This document shows, in pieces, positions 18,316-26,541 of a stretch of DNA of 34,691 nt. The notes under the pieces are model-generated. The model made no database searches, had not been told where the DNA came from, and saw nothing but the letters and a program-made list of their open reading frames with translations. Position 1 is the stretch's first letter, and every line of letters starts with the position of its first letter. The stretch comes from an uncultured virus (IMG/VR IMGVR_UViG_3300032229_000206) (lineage: Duplodnaviria > Heunggongvirae > Uroviricota > Caudoviricetes), in IMG/VR virus record IMGVR_UViG_3300032229_000206; one strand, written 5' to 3'. The position numbers and the translations under genes were made by a program.

Positions 18316-20022
18316 TTATTTTTCGTATTCTTCTGGTACACGTCTCTGTGGGAGAACGGTTCCATAAGCTTCAGTTACCAACTTGTTACGTAGGTCTGCT
18401 TCGCCCATATTTGCGGCACCTAGCGCTTCATCCATTGTTGGTGGTAGTACTGCTGGGGCTCCAGGAGCACCAGTTGCACTAGGGGCGCCAGGAGCGCCTC
18501 CAGTTTCAGGGTTAGGCATAGTGCCTGTAAGTTCAGCAATTTCTTGCTCAATCTGAGTTTGTAGGAGCTTAAGGGCTCCATCAGCAACTGCATCGTCCAT
18601 AAGTTCTTGACGGATTTCATTAAGCTTCTCAGTAGGGAACTCTTCACCGAGGGTACGAAGAGCGCCTTCTTTAGACTCCAACCCTAGTGAAAGCATAGAT
18701 TGAACTTCGTTAAGAGCAATCAACTTGTCTAGTGGGAGTGGTTGTGGGAAATGTACATAAGTTAGGTAGGTAAGTGGGTCGTTAGGGTCTAGACGGTCTA
18801 CCTGACCCTTCTTAAGCTTTGTATTAGTTGTTGGGTTCCAAATAAAACTTTCAGGTTCCTTGACCGCAAGGCTACGTAGGATAAGCTGATTAACAAGTTC
18901 TAGCCCACGTGCGTATTGAACAATCTTCTGGTGGTAACGGTTCATCAAAGGCTGGAACTGGATAGATAGCGCTACGCCAGATGTATTAGAGATAGGTTGT
19001 GCTTGACCAAGGGCGGTCTCAGGAACACCAATCATTTCGTGCATAGACTTCTTAAGCATTGCTAGGAAGTCCATAGCACCCTTAAGTCCTTGTGCACCGC
19101 CTTCTAGGTTTTCTACTCTCGCGTCTTTTGGTAGACCGCCCCAGACTTTGTTAGCGCCTTTTTCCAATTGTGAAGCTTTGGCACCAATGATGACTGTGAC
19201 GGGAGCAGCATGATAATTAACGATGTCAGCGATGTCAGTAGCAGTCTCGTTATAAGTACGGTTAATATTAATAATGTCATGACCATCGCTAAGACCCCAA
19301 GGGCTACCACTAATGCGAACATTTGGAACATGAACAATGGGAATAGTACCAAGCGGGTTAGGGCGAGAATCAATGAGCTCATCATTAATGTATTCCTCAA
19401 TCACATCTTCTGTAAGGATTTCAGTGTAAGTAAATACCTGACGAGTACCTTCTAGTGATGTGCCCCAGAAACGATACTTTAACTTAAAGCGAATAAGGCG
19501 CTCGCGGTCATGTGGGTGAAACTCTGGAAAACAGAAAGCTGCGTTAAGAGGAAGAATGCGAACACGTCCAGGGTGTGCCATTCCTGATGGGTCAACCCAA
19601 GCTTCTTCGTAAGCTACTTTAATAAATACATCGCCAGAGACTGAACCTTGCTGGCCCATCTCCCATAAAATTGTGGCTTTGTTGTTATCTACTTCCCATA
19701 CTCTTTCAAGTAGGTCAGGAACAATAGCTTCTGTCTCTTTTGGTGAGCGGAAGTTAACGCCCTTACCAAAAGTAAAGTTAATAATAAAATCTGTAAAAGC
19801 GCGATAGTAATTAAGTACTAGCTGTGCATCGCCAATTTGACGGCGGTATGAATAGTGGTGACCAAGGTACATAGCCCAGTTAAGGGAGTAGCGGTTTAAA
19901 CGAGGACCGTGAACTTCAAATTCTTCATCAGCCAATTCCACTAAACCTAGTGGAGAAATGGAGATAGTTAGGTCGCTAGACGCCGCCCTATAAGAGGGAG
20001 GAGAAAAATCAATACCGCTCAA
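18316..20022 (-). CDS. portal protein (SPP1 gp6-like)
   Basis: 568 aa with TTG start and GGTGG RBS; NPLGTIPIVHVPN, WGLSD and NTSGVAL motifs; lies between terminase and scaffold. Confidence 0.9.
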   Translation of the reverse strand: MSGIDFSPPSYRAASSDLTISISPLGLVELADEEFEVHGPRLNRYSLNWAMYLGHHYSYRRQIGDAQLVLNYYRAFTDFIINFTFGKGVNFRSPKETEAIVPDLLERVWEVDNNKATILWEMGQQGSVSGDVFIKVAYEEAWVDPSGMAHPGRVRILPLNAAFCFPEFHPHDRERLIRFKLKYRFWGTSLEGTRQVFTYTEILTEDVIEEYINDELIDSRPNPLGTIPIVHVPNVRISGSPWGLSDGHDIININRTYNETATDIADIVNYHAAPVTVIIGAKASQLEKGANKVWGGLPKDARVENLEGGAQGLKGAMDFLAMLKKSMHEMIGVPETALGQAQPISNTSGVALSIQFQPLMNRYHQKIVQYARGLELVNQLILRSLAVKEPESFIWNPTTNTKLKKGQVDRLDPNDPLTYLTYVHFPQPLPLDKLIALNEVQSMLSLGLESKEGALRTLGEEFPTEKLNEIRQELMDDAVADGALKLLQTQIEQEIAELTGTMPNPETGGAPGAPSATGAPGAPAVLPPTMDEALGAANMGEADLRNKLVTEAYGTVLPQRRVPEEYEK

Positions 20023-20052
20023 CTATTCCACCTTTTTCTTACATATAGACAA

Positions 20053-20063
20053 AGACTACCACA
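20053..20063 (-). promoter_or_regulatory. extended -10 element TGTGGTAGTCT upstream of portal
   Basis: TGn-TAnnnT; 10/11 identical to the element at 24826-24836. Confidence 0.5.
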
Positions 20064-20074
20064 ATTAAATAAGG

Positions 20075-20380
20075 TTAGCGAATACGCTCGCCGCGGATAT
20101 TGGCTCTGCCAACTTTTTTAACAACCTTCTTTTTTTGCTGTTCTTCTTTTTTTTCTAATTCTTCGTGTGCGTAATCTCGAAAACGTGGGTCTACTTCTCT
20201 TTTAGATTTAACGTATTGACCACCCATTTGATTGTATCTAGCGTGAATCCAGTGACCACGGGCAGGGGAGTTTTTAGAAAACTTTGCTCCCGCTTGAGCG
20301 GTAATCATGTTCCAAAGTTTAGGATTTGCGGCTACGCGCTCTTCCGTCTTTTTTACTTCTTTACCTGAGATAAGTGCCAT
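20075..20380 (-). CDS. basic hypothetical protein
   Basis: 101 aa with AAGGA RBS. Confidence 0.8.
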   Translation of the reverse strand: MALISGKEVKKTEERVAANPKLWNMITAQAGAKFSKNSPARGHWIHARYNQMGGQYVKSKREVDPRFRDYAHEELEKKEEQQKKKVVKKVGRANIRGERIR

Positions 20381-20404
20381 TGTTAATCCTTAGAAAATGA
20401 GGAA

Positions 20405-20444
20405 CCTACCCCCGCGACGTATTCGCCGTACAAACGGGGGTAGG
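20405..20444. other. GC-rich hairpin with 20-nt loop
   Basis: CCTACCCCCG/CGGGGGTAGG 10-bp inverted repeat in an intergenic gap. Confidence 0.65.
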
Positions 20445-20452
20445 GAGCCTAA

Positions 20453-20851
20453 TTAATCGTTTACTACTGCTGGGTTAGATGCTTTTTGGTTTGCACCGCT
20501 GCGCTGTACGCGCTCAATGCGGTTATCTCCATGGTCAGCAAATCCGCCTGCTGAAAAATCAGTAAGGCTTGCTGGTGCTTCTACCCATGCTGCAGAACCA
20601 ACGTGTGCGCGTTCACGCATTGTCTCTTCTGCTGTCTTTGTGTGAACAGCCTTATTACGATTTGGACGACCTGCAGCAGGTTCGTATCCCTGCATTGCAC
20701 CGTTAGTGAATTCGCTAGGAATGTCAGTATCAGTTGCAAGACCTTCTTCAAAACGTAGTGGGCCACGTTGTCCTGGTGTTGCAGAAGCCATCTTACGGTC
20801 GTAAGTGGTTCCTGGCTTTTCAGGGAACTTAGGTGTTGGGGCAATTGCCAT
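20453..20851 (-). CDS. hypothetical protein between terminase and portal
   Basis: 132 aa with strong AAGGAG RBS. Confidence 0.85.
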   Translation of the reverse strand: MAIAPTPKFPEKPGTTYDRKMASATPGQRGPLRFEEGLATDTDIPSEFTNGAMQGYEPAAGRPNRNKAVHTKTAEETMRERAHVGSAAWVEAPASLTDFSAGGFADHGDNRIERVQRSGANQKASNPAVVND

Positions 20852-20890
20852 TTTTTATACTCCTTATAAGGGTTGAGGACCTCGTGTAAA

Positions 20891-20926
20891 AGTGTCCTAC
20901 TTATTGGTCGTAAAGTCAGGCTAAAC
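20891..20926 (-). promoter_or_regulatory. putative promoter GTTT-N3-CTGACT-N17-GACACT
   Basis: Near-consensus -35, 17-nt spacer, intergenic. Confidence 0.5.
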
Positions 20927-20932
20927 GGGTAA

Positions 20933-22522
20933 CTACCTACTAAAGAACGGGGAGGTAGACACTTCAACCGAAGGCATAGTCATATCTAAAGTTAAAGATA
21001 CGGCTATTGCAAGGCTGTCCGCATAGTCATCGTGGGCATGCGCCTCATCTGGCGCATGAGCAAGGAAGTTAGGTCCTGTGAACTTAGTTTCCAAGTCTGT
21101 CATTTGTTGATAGAAGCGCTTCCAGGTACGTAGTCGCCTTGTTTTTGCGTGTGCAGGCCAACCAACTAATCTGCGGTCAATTAAAGCTTTAAGGTGTTTC
21201 CAACGCTTTGATTGCTCAGGTTGGCTACTTCCTATGGAATGTACTTCTGCTCTTGGGAGGAGGAGTTTGAGTCTTTGTGCAACCGCATCACCCACGCCGT
21301 TAGCGTCAACCCCAACAGCAAGTACGTCATAACTCCCCAAGAAATTAACGATTTGAAAATATTGGTCTTCCCAGTCATCACCTTGTAACTCCAGCCAGTT
21401 TAAAATTCTATGGTCAAAATATCCAAACTCATCAGGCCTATCCCAGTCAACCCAAACAACTGTGACTACCGTAGAGTCCATCTTACGAGCAGGGTCAATA
21501 CCTACTACAACTGGAGAACGGTGCCAAGCTTTAACGGTTTCTTGAGATGTGTCTCCAAGCTCGTCCATAACCGTGGACGTAACGAACATACCACGCTCGA
21601 GTAACCATTTACAACAATACGACATTTGGAACTCATCTGAGTCCTCGCCAATACGCAGCATCTCTTTTTTAATAAACTTTGCATAGTTAGCGTTGCACTT
21701 ACTTACATCTCTGTAGTCCCACTCAAAGTGGTTTTGCCTAATACCCCTACCTGTCTGTCTACGCTTATTAAGCTGAATAGAGCGGTAGAAGTTGTTTTTA
21801 TGTGTAGTAGGAGTTCCTGTCTTAACCATAGTTCCTGAGTAGTACGCAAGCATAGGGGAGATTGACTTAGATACTACGAAGTCGTCGGCTTCTTGACACT
21901 CGTCAATAACAATAAGGTGGAAAGACTTAGACTCAATCTTTGCACGTGGGTTAGCAGTCATCATCATAAGGCTACTGCCAGAGTTCTTTAATTTAATCTG
22001 TCGTGTAACGCCAGGAACTTTACCTAAACTATCATCAATCTCAGGGTCTCCTAAGATTTCTAAAGCACGTTCGCTAGTAAGCCTATTAACAGTACGACCA
22101 AATAGAGTTTCTACCTGACCTTCAACTGGAGCAAACATGCCAATCCAGATGCCCTCTTTAAACTGACCTAGTAGGTCTGGGTACATTTTTGCAAGGCGTG
22201 GCAAAAGCACCATTAGCGTTGCTACGGTATTAGCAATTGTTTCAGATTTACCTGACTGACGTGCTGCTAACGCAGTTACTTCTTCACCGTCATTAATAAT
22301 TACAGACTCAATGATGCGACGGGCAAGCGGCATTTGATAGGGGTGTAGCTCATGGCCTACTAAGGCGTTCATAAACTCTATGCATCTATCAATTAGCTTT
22401 TTTACAAACTCTTTAGATAGCTCATCAAGCTCAATATCTTCTTCTTCAGGCAGGCCTTCTTCAAGCTCTTCCTCAGGGAAAAACTCTTCGTCGTCATCTT
22501 CTAAAACAATGTTGTTGTCCAT
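20933..22522 (-). CDS. terL: terminase large subunit
   Basis: Walker A ARQSGKS, Walker B LIVIDE, TGTP coupling motif, RNase H-like VGIDPA and HDD. Confidence 0.95.
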   Translation of the reverse strand: MDNNIVLEDDDEEFFPEEELEEGLPEEEDIELDELSKEFVKKLIDRCIEFMNALVGHELHPYQMPLARRIIESVIINDGEEVTALAARQSGKSETIANTVATLMVLLPRLAKMYPDLLGQFKEGIWIGMFAPVEGQVETLFGRTVNRLTSERALEILGDPEIDDSLGKVPGVTRQIKLKNSGSSLMMMTANPRAKIESKSFHLIVIDECQEADDFVVSKSISPMLAYYSGTMVKTGTPTTHKNNFYRSIQLNKRRQTGRGIRQNHFEWDYRDVSKCNANYAKFIKKEMLRIGEDSDEFQMSYCCKWLLERGMFVTSTVMDELGDTSQETVKAWHRSPVVVGIDPARKMDSTVVTVVWVDWDRPDEFGYFDHRILNWLELQGDDWEDQYFQIVNFLGSYDVLAVGVDANGVGDAVAQRLKLLLPRAEVHSIGSSQPEQSKRWKHLKALIDRRLVGWPAHAKTRRLRTWKRFYQQMTDLETKFTGPNFLAHAPDEAHAHDDYADSLAIAVSLTLDMTMPSVEVSTSPFFSR

Positions 22523-22541
22523 ATTAACCTTAGTTTAATAT

Positions 22542-22572
22542 AAAACAAAAAGCCTGGGTAGTTATACCCAGG
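22542..22572 (-). terminator. intrinsic terminator, possibly bidirectional
   Basis: CCTGGGTA-TAAC-TACCCAGG followed by CTTTTTGTTTT. Confidence 0.8.
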
Positions 22573-22612
22573 ACCTTTTGATGCCATCACACGGGGAGAG
22601 GAAGAGAGGCAA
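22545..22612 (-). ncRNA. candidate ~70-nt small RNA with a C/U-rich anti-SD-like tract
   Basis: Extended -10 TGTGCTAGAAT (22618-22628), then CCTCTCTTCCTCTCCCC, then a terminator; no ORF. Confidence 0.4.
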
Positions 22613-22641
22613 GGCTAATTCTAGCACAACTAATAGGATAA

Positions 22642-22887
22642 TTAAAGAGGCTTGCTCATTCTAATATGTAACTGGTCTATAACTGCATGCAAAGCTTCAG
22701 CGCCCTTAAGAGCTTCATTTAAGTAAACAGCGTCTCTATTTTTAGTGTAGCCAGATAAGCATCGACCAATTTCGGTAATAGCTTGGTCTGCCCACATCTC
22801 TAGTTCCCCAGTAGGAATCTTAGATACTCTTCGGGATACTTTTTCAGGAAAAGGCTTAGTCCAAGCTTCTTTCTTAAAAAAACTCAT
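22642..22887 (-). CDS. hypothetical helical protein
   Basis: Start MSFFKKEAW chosen by the GGAG RBS; overlaps the upstream stop. Confidence 0.75.
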   Translation of the reverse strand: MSFFKKEAWTKPFPEKVSRRVSKIPTGELEMWADQAITEIGRCLSGYTKNRDAVYLNEALKGAEALHAVIDQLHIRMSKPL

Positions 22888-23164
22888 CATATGCTCCATC
22901 CTTAGGTTTCCAGGCTTCACGGCCTTTCATAGCATCAGATAGTATCTTATCAATAGCATCCTCGTCATCCCACATAATATTAGGAGTGTGGTAGAAAACT
23001 CCTGCATATAAACCAGGCTCTGTAAATGGGAGCCTGAATACTAGGCACTTGCCCTTTCTATATGGATACTCTGTCTCTTGAGTACTGCCCACCTCAATTA
23101 TAGGTAAGGCTTTTCTATGCCAGTAACGAAGCTTTCCGCCGTATAGTGGTCCGTATGATTTCAT
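22874..23164 (-). CDS. hypothetical protein
   Basis: 96 aa, tightly packed in operon. Confidence 0.75.
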   Translation of the reverse strand: MKSYGPLYGGKLRYWHRKALPIIEVGSTQETEYPYRKGKCLVFRLPFTEPGLYAGVFYHTPNIMWDDEDAIDKILSDAMKGREAWKPKDGAYDEFF

Positions 23165-23166
23165 GC

Positions 23167-23652
23167 CTACTCTTTACCTGAAAAGGGGATTTTAAAGTCT
23201 TCTCTTACTTTTTGTATTCTACTAGCAGTTGCTGCAGTTTGTGAAAGTCGTGCTTGTGATTCTTTAGATATATTTTCCATATTTGCAGGACCCATTGTAG
23301 GCCACTTGTCTAAACCACTAGATGCAAGATAGCCCCCAGTTGAATCTGTGTTTTGTAAACCTTCCCAGTGATTAGCTCCCACATTTTCATATTGCCATTG
23401 TGTTCCATCTCTAAATACCACGTACAAAGTTCTCGACTCGTAGCTGTACCCTATAGCGTGTGCACGTGGGCGTGAGGCGTTTACAGTATTAGCGTGACGA
23501 AACTCAGAAGGTAAAACTACTTTAAACTGCTCTTGAAAAGGGCTATCAATTAATAGCTTTTCTTGTGCTCTTAAACCAAGGTTAAGAATCCTATTCTTTT
23601 GTTCTTCTCGTTGCTTAGCGGCTAACTCTAGCTTTGGGTCTTTTTTTGGCAT
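23167..23652 (-). CDS. KTSC-domain protein
   Basis: AIGYSYESRTLYVVFRDGTQWQYENV...WEGLQNTDSTGGYL matches the KTSC pattern. Confidence 0.8.
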   Translation of the reverse strand: MPKKDPKLELAAKQREEQKNRILNLGLRAQEKLLIDSPFQEQFKVVLPSEFRHANTVNASRPRAHAIGYSYESRTLYVVFRDGTQWQYENVGANHWEGLQNTDSTGGYLASSGLDKWPTMGPANMENISKESQARLSQTAATASRIQKVREDFKIPFSGKE

Positions 23653-23915
23653 TAGTCCTCACAGCTGTGGTTTTTAGTCTCCGATTCTGTAACACGTGAA
23701 AAACAGCGTGAACAACGAAGGTATTTTTCTGGAGTAAAGTTGTTTTGTACTGTAGAGCCTAATTCGTGATTTGAACCATCATCAGAATATGGGTCATCGT
23801 AATCAATAACAATTTCAGGTTCTCTAAAAAGTTCTCTAGGAAATGGGCCTTGAGGCTCCACCATTCTGTCAGGTACTGGATGTACCTGGATTGCTTGGCG
23901 TCTAGTTACTTTCAT
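23652..23915 (-). CDS. hypothetical protein with C-terminal CxxC..HxC
   Basis: Start MKVTRRQ at 23915; ends CSRCFSRVTESETKNHSCED. Confidence 0.7.
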   Translation of the reverse strand: MKVTRRQAIQVHPVPDRMVEPQGPFPRELFREPEIVIDYDDPYSDDGSNHELGSTVQNNFTPEKYLRCSRCFSRVTESETKNHSCED

Positions 23916-24132
23916 CGGCAGGGACTTCCTCTGCCTTATCTTCAGCAGGAGCAGCCTTTTTCTTAGAAGGCTTTTCTTCAACTGCTTCAACTAATGGAAA
24001 ATGACCAGCATCAGCACGTTCCTGTAACCACTTTGGTAAATCGTTGTGGCAATAATTAACTGGATTAGTTCCTGGGTCTGCACATGTATAAGCAGCGTCT
24101 AGTTCACAATTGTCACACTTTGGCTTCGCCAT
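23902..24132 (-). CDS. small zinc-finger-like protein
   Basis: CDNC...C...YCH; AGGAGG RBS. Confidence 0.75.
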   Translation of the reverse strand: MAKPKCDNCELDAAYTCADPGTNPVNYCHNDLPKWLQERADAGHFPLVEAVEEKPSKKKAAPAEDKAEEVPADESN

Positions 24133-24150
24133 AATATCCTCCTAATAGTT

Positions 24151-24173
24151 GGAGGCGGGGGTTACCCGCCTCC
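24151..24173. terminator. GC-rich hairpin after the holin-like gene
   Basis: GGAGGCGGG-GGTTA-CCCGCCTCC; weak U tract. Confidence 0.55.
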
Positions 24174-24180
24174 CCCTATT

Positions 24181-24375
24181 CTACTTACTTGCGCCGATTC
24201 CGTATGCCTTATCTTTAGGATTTACGGCTTTTGCTAAAGGTCCAATAAGACCTGCAATAAATGCGTTAAGCAGAGTCTTTGGGTCCGTGATGCCGCTCAT
24301 GTATAGGGCGACGACTGATGCAGCACTTGCACGTAGGTATGTGCCAAGAGCTGATGTTAGTTGTTCTTTAGTCAT
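24181..24375 (-). CDS. putative holin
   Basis: 64 aa with two hydrophobic segments; AAGGAG RBS. Confidence 0.6.
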   Translation of the reverse strand: MTKEQLTSALGTYLRASAASVVALYMSGITDPKTLLNAFIAGLIGPLAKAVNPKDKAYGIGASK

Positions 24376-24422
24376 GGTTCTCCTTCTACCCCCGTGTGTG
24401 GGGGATTGTTAGAAGAGTACTA

Positions 24423-24668
24423 CTACTTCTCGGTTTCGTCTAGATGCTGTGTAAAGCGACCTTCTAGACGCGCTAGGGATATGCGCAGGTCTACCATCTC
24501 GGCATGAATTTTATTAACGGTGTCTTTTATCGAGCTGCCTCCATTAGGCTTAAGCTCATGTACAAAGTTCTTTAGATATGACTTTAATACCCATGATGTG
24601 GCTGTAATAATTGCTGCTCCAAAAGCTGCAAATCCAGCTAGCGTTCCAGCCCACTCTGCTAATGACAT
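24423..24668 (-). CDS. membrane protein (N-terminal TM plus coiled coil), lysis-cassette type
   Basis: TM helix followed by ELKPNGGSSIKD, a motif recalled from actinophage holin-adjacent proteins. Confidence 0.7.
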   Translation of the reverse strand: MSLAEWAGTLAGFAAFGAAIITATSWVLKSYLKNFVHELKPNGGSSIKDTVNKIHAEMVDLRISLARLEGRFTQHLDETEK

Positions 24669-24806
24669 ATATCTCTCATTTTCTAGTTTAAATTAGAATA
24701 TAGATATATGTTGTCCAATACGCATGTACAAATGCGGAAATACGTACTCCTATTAAATACGTAAATACTTAATTTGTCTCAATATAAAAAATATATTTAC
24801 TTCGGC

Positions 24807-24836
24807 TTGACTCACGCTGTAACTCTGTGGCAGTCT
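24807..24836 (+). promoter_or_regulatory. sigma-A-like promoter TTGACT-N18-CAGTCT with extended TG
   Basis: AT-rich upstream tract; points into the only plus-strand gene. Confidence 0.6.
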
Positions 24837-24844
24837 AGTTCTTG

Positions 24845-24869
24845 AAAGGCTCCAGTAATGGAGCCTTTT
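24845..24869 (+). other. 5' leader hairpin AAAGGCTCCA-GTAA-TGGAGCCTTT
   Basis: 10-bp perfect stem with a GNRA loop between promoter and RBS. Confidence 0.7.
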
Positions 24870-24888
24870 GCAACTGAGAGGAGCAGAA

Positions 24889-25422
24889 ATGTTCAATATC
24901 AGAAAAGAAACAATGGATAAAGTGGCGGTGTTTTCGATGTATGCACTGTTAATAGGAGCACTACCTCACACGTTAGCTAATGCGGATGAGGAAGTAACAC
25001 CTGTGACAGTACAAGAAATCGCTGTGGACCCACTAGATAAGTACAAAGGAGCAAAAGAACTGTCAGATACAGATTTAGTTGACTTGCTTAGCGCGGTTGG
25101 TTTTGAGGGAAAAGCTCTCAAGGTCGCCTACGCGGTTGCTAAAAAAGAATCTAACGGTCGCCCCTTAGCTCATAATGGAAACGTCAATACAGGTGACAAT
25201 TCTTACGGCATGTTCCAGATTAATATGCTGGGAAGTCTCGGAGAAGATAGACGGGAGAAATTTAAACTCACAACTAATAAGGACCTTCTGGACCCTGTGA
25301 CCAACGCACAAATTGCGTACCACATGTCAGACGGCGGAAAAGATTGGTCCGCCTGGAAAGTATACCCAGGCCAGAAAAATGGAGAAAGATACGAGAGCTT
25401 CTTAAAGAAGTTCCCTAACTAA
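24889..25422 (+). CDS. secreted lysozyme-like/lytic transglycosylase protein
   Basis: GAGGAG RBS; signal peptide ending ANA; AVAKKES (catalytic Glu), SYGMFQIN, LLDPVTNAQIA and WSAW motifs. Confidence 0.85.
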   Translation: MFNIRKETMDKVAVFSMYALLIGALPHTLANADEEVTPVTVQEIAVDPLDKYKGAKELSDTDLVDLLSAVGFEGKALKVAYAVAKKESNGRPLAHNGNVNTGDNSYGMFQINMLGSLGEDRREKFKLTTNKDLLDPVTNAQIAYHMSDGGKDWSAWKVYPGQKNGERYESFLKKFPN

Positions 25423-25436
25423 TATACCTTTAAATA

Positions 25437-25469
25437 AAAAAGCCCCCAGCCATTGGCTGGGGGCTTTTT
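25437..25469. terminator. bidirectional intrinsic terminator
   Basis: AAAAAGCCCCCAGCC-ATT-GGCTGGGGGCTTTTT between convergent genes. Confidence 0.9.
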
Positions 25470-25482
25470 GCTTGGGAGCTTA

Positions 25483-26541
25483 TTATGCAGCCCAAGGTGT
25501 GATTGTAATTGTTGCTGTTGAAAGAACATTTGCTGTTGCTGCTGCAACTGACTGTGTTCTGATTGTTCCAGCTGCACCAGTTAGGCGTGTGCCAGGTGTG
25601 ATAGCGCCTGTGTTGGCAACTGTCCATCCTGTACCTGCGATAACAAGTGTGCTTCCTGAACCACCAGTTACAACCCAAGTACCAACAAGTGCTGTTGGGA
25701 TACCTGTACCAGCGGCGATAGTAACCTTTGTGCCTACTGGCCATGAGGTTGTTCCGCCAGCTACTGTGACTGTTGCTGCTGTAGTAGCAGTTACGTTAAT
25801 CTGAGTTGGCTGTGTAGCTGTATTAGTTGCGCCAGCTGCTGTAGTGATGTTAGCTGCTTCGTAACCAGCGTCCTTAAGCTCGTCAAGGGCTAGTGCTGTT
25901 GTCTCACCAACTACTGAAGGTACTACGATGAATGTGATTCCAGCGCCATCATAAGCTGTAAGAGCGTTTGTTGCCTGAACCTTGCCGTACCACTGTCCTG
26001 TAATTTCACCAGCGTTAGCTGCGTTAGTTACTGTGAACTTTAGTGCGTCTGCTGAAGCAACTGTTGCTGAAGACAGGTTGTAAGCTGAAGCTGTAAGACC
26101 TGTGATGTTAACAGTATCTCCTACTGCAAGCTTGTTCTGTGATGTGTATGTAACAGTTGTGCCGTTACCTGAAGCCGCTGTAATCATGTAGTTACCTGCG
26201 CCTGGTAGGAATGATGGATAATCGTTCCATTCAGCTTCTGCTACTGTGTGGTTGTTGCTAGTTGCAGGGGTTAGACGTGCGCTTGGGTATTCTGAGTACC
26301 CGTTCCAGTTGTAGTTCTGGTTTGCGTTTGCTGCTACTGGAGTAGTTGCTGCTCCGTCTGTGCGCTCGTCGTTTGGCTGCATAGGGTAGTTACCCCATAC
26401 GAAATCTACTCGGACGTTTCCTGCTGAATCGGTAGAGTTACCGACGTTGTTCGTTCCAGCTGCGTTGTTACCAATAGCAATGGCGTAAGCGCCTGTGCCC
26501 TGGTCTGAACCCACTGGTAGTGGTGAGTTATAGCTTGACAT
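25483..26541 (-). CDS. Thr/Ala-rich virion protein with interrupted PASTA-like domain
   Basis: VVPSVVGETTALALDELKDAGY ... GTIRTQSVAA..ATITIT halves flank a beta-rich insert. Confidence 0.6.
   Translation of the reverse strand: MSSYNSPLPVGSDQGTGAYAIAIGNNAAGTNNVGNSTDSAGNVRVDFVWGNYPMQPNDERTDGAATTPVAANANQNYNWNGYSEYPSARLTPATSNNHTVAEAEWNDYPSFLPGAGNYMITAASGNGTTVTYTSQNKLAVGDTVNITGLTASAYNLSSATVASADALKFTVTNAANAGEITGQWYGKVQATNALTAYDGAGITFIVVPSVVGETTALALDELKDAGYEAANITTAAGATNTATQPTQINVTATTAATVTVAGGTTSWPVGTKVTIAAGTGIPTALVGTWVVTGGSGSTLVIAGTGWTVANTGAITPGTRLTGAAGTIRTQSVAAATANVLSTATITITPWAA

Noticed and set aside
20405..20444. tRNA or tRNA fragment
   Set aside because: A single stem-loop with no cloverleaf, T-loop or CCA.
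3902..20967. Alternative-frame minus-strand ORFs nested in large genes (e.g. 8381-8827, 12361-12636, 20581-20967)
   Set aside because: Their L/V/Q-rich composition is the expected out-of-frame reading of biased codons; no slippery site or RBS was found.
20933..22522. Intein or intron in terminase
   Set aside because: The ORF is continuous and of ordinary length with normally spaced motifs; no intein or homing-endonuclease signature.
24837..24888. c-di-AMP (ydaO) riboswitch upstream of the muralytic gene, as for actinobacterial rpfA
   Set aside because: The leader is only about 45 nt with one hairpin and lacks the conserved aptamer motifs.
25430..25744. 104-aa minus-strand ORF overlapping the PASTA-like gene
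   Set aside because: Out of frame within a real gene and runs through the bidirectional terminator.
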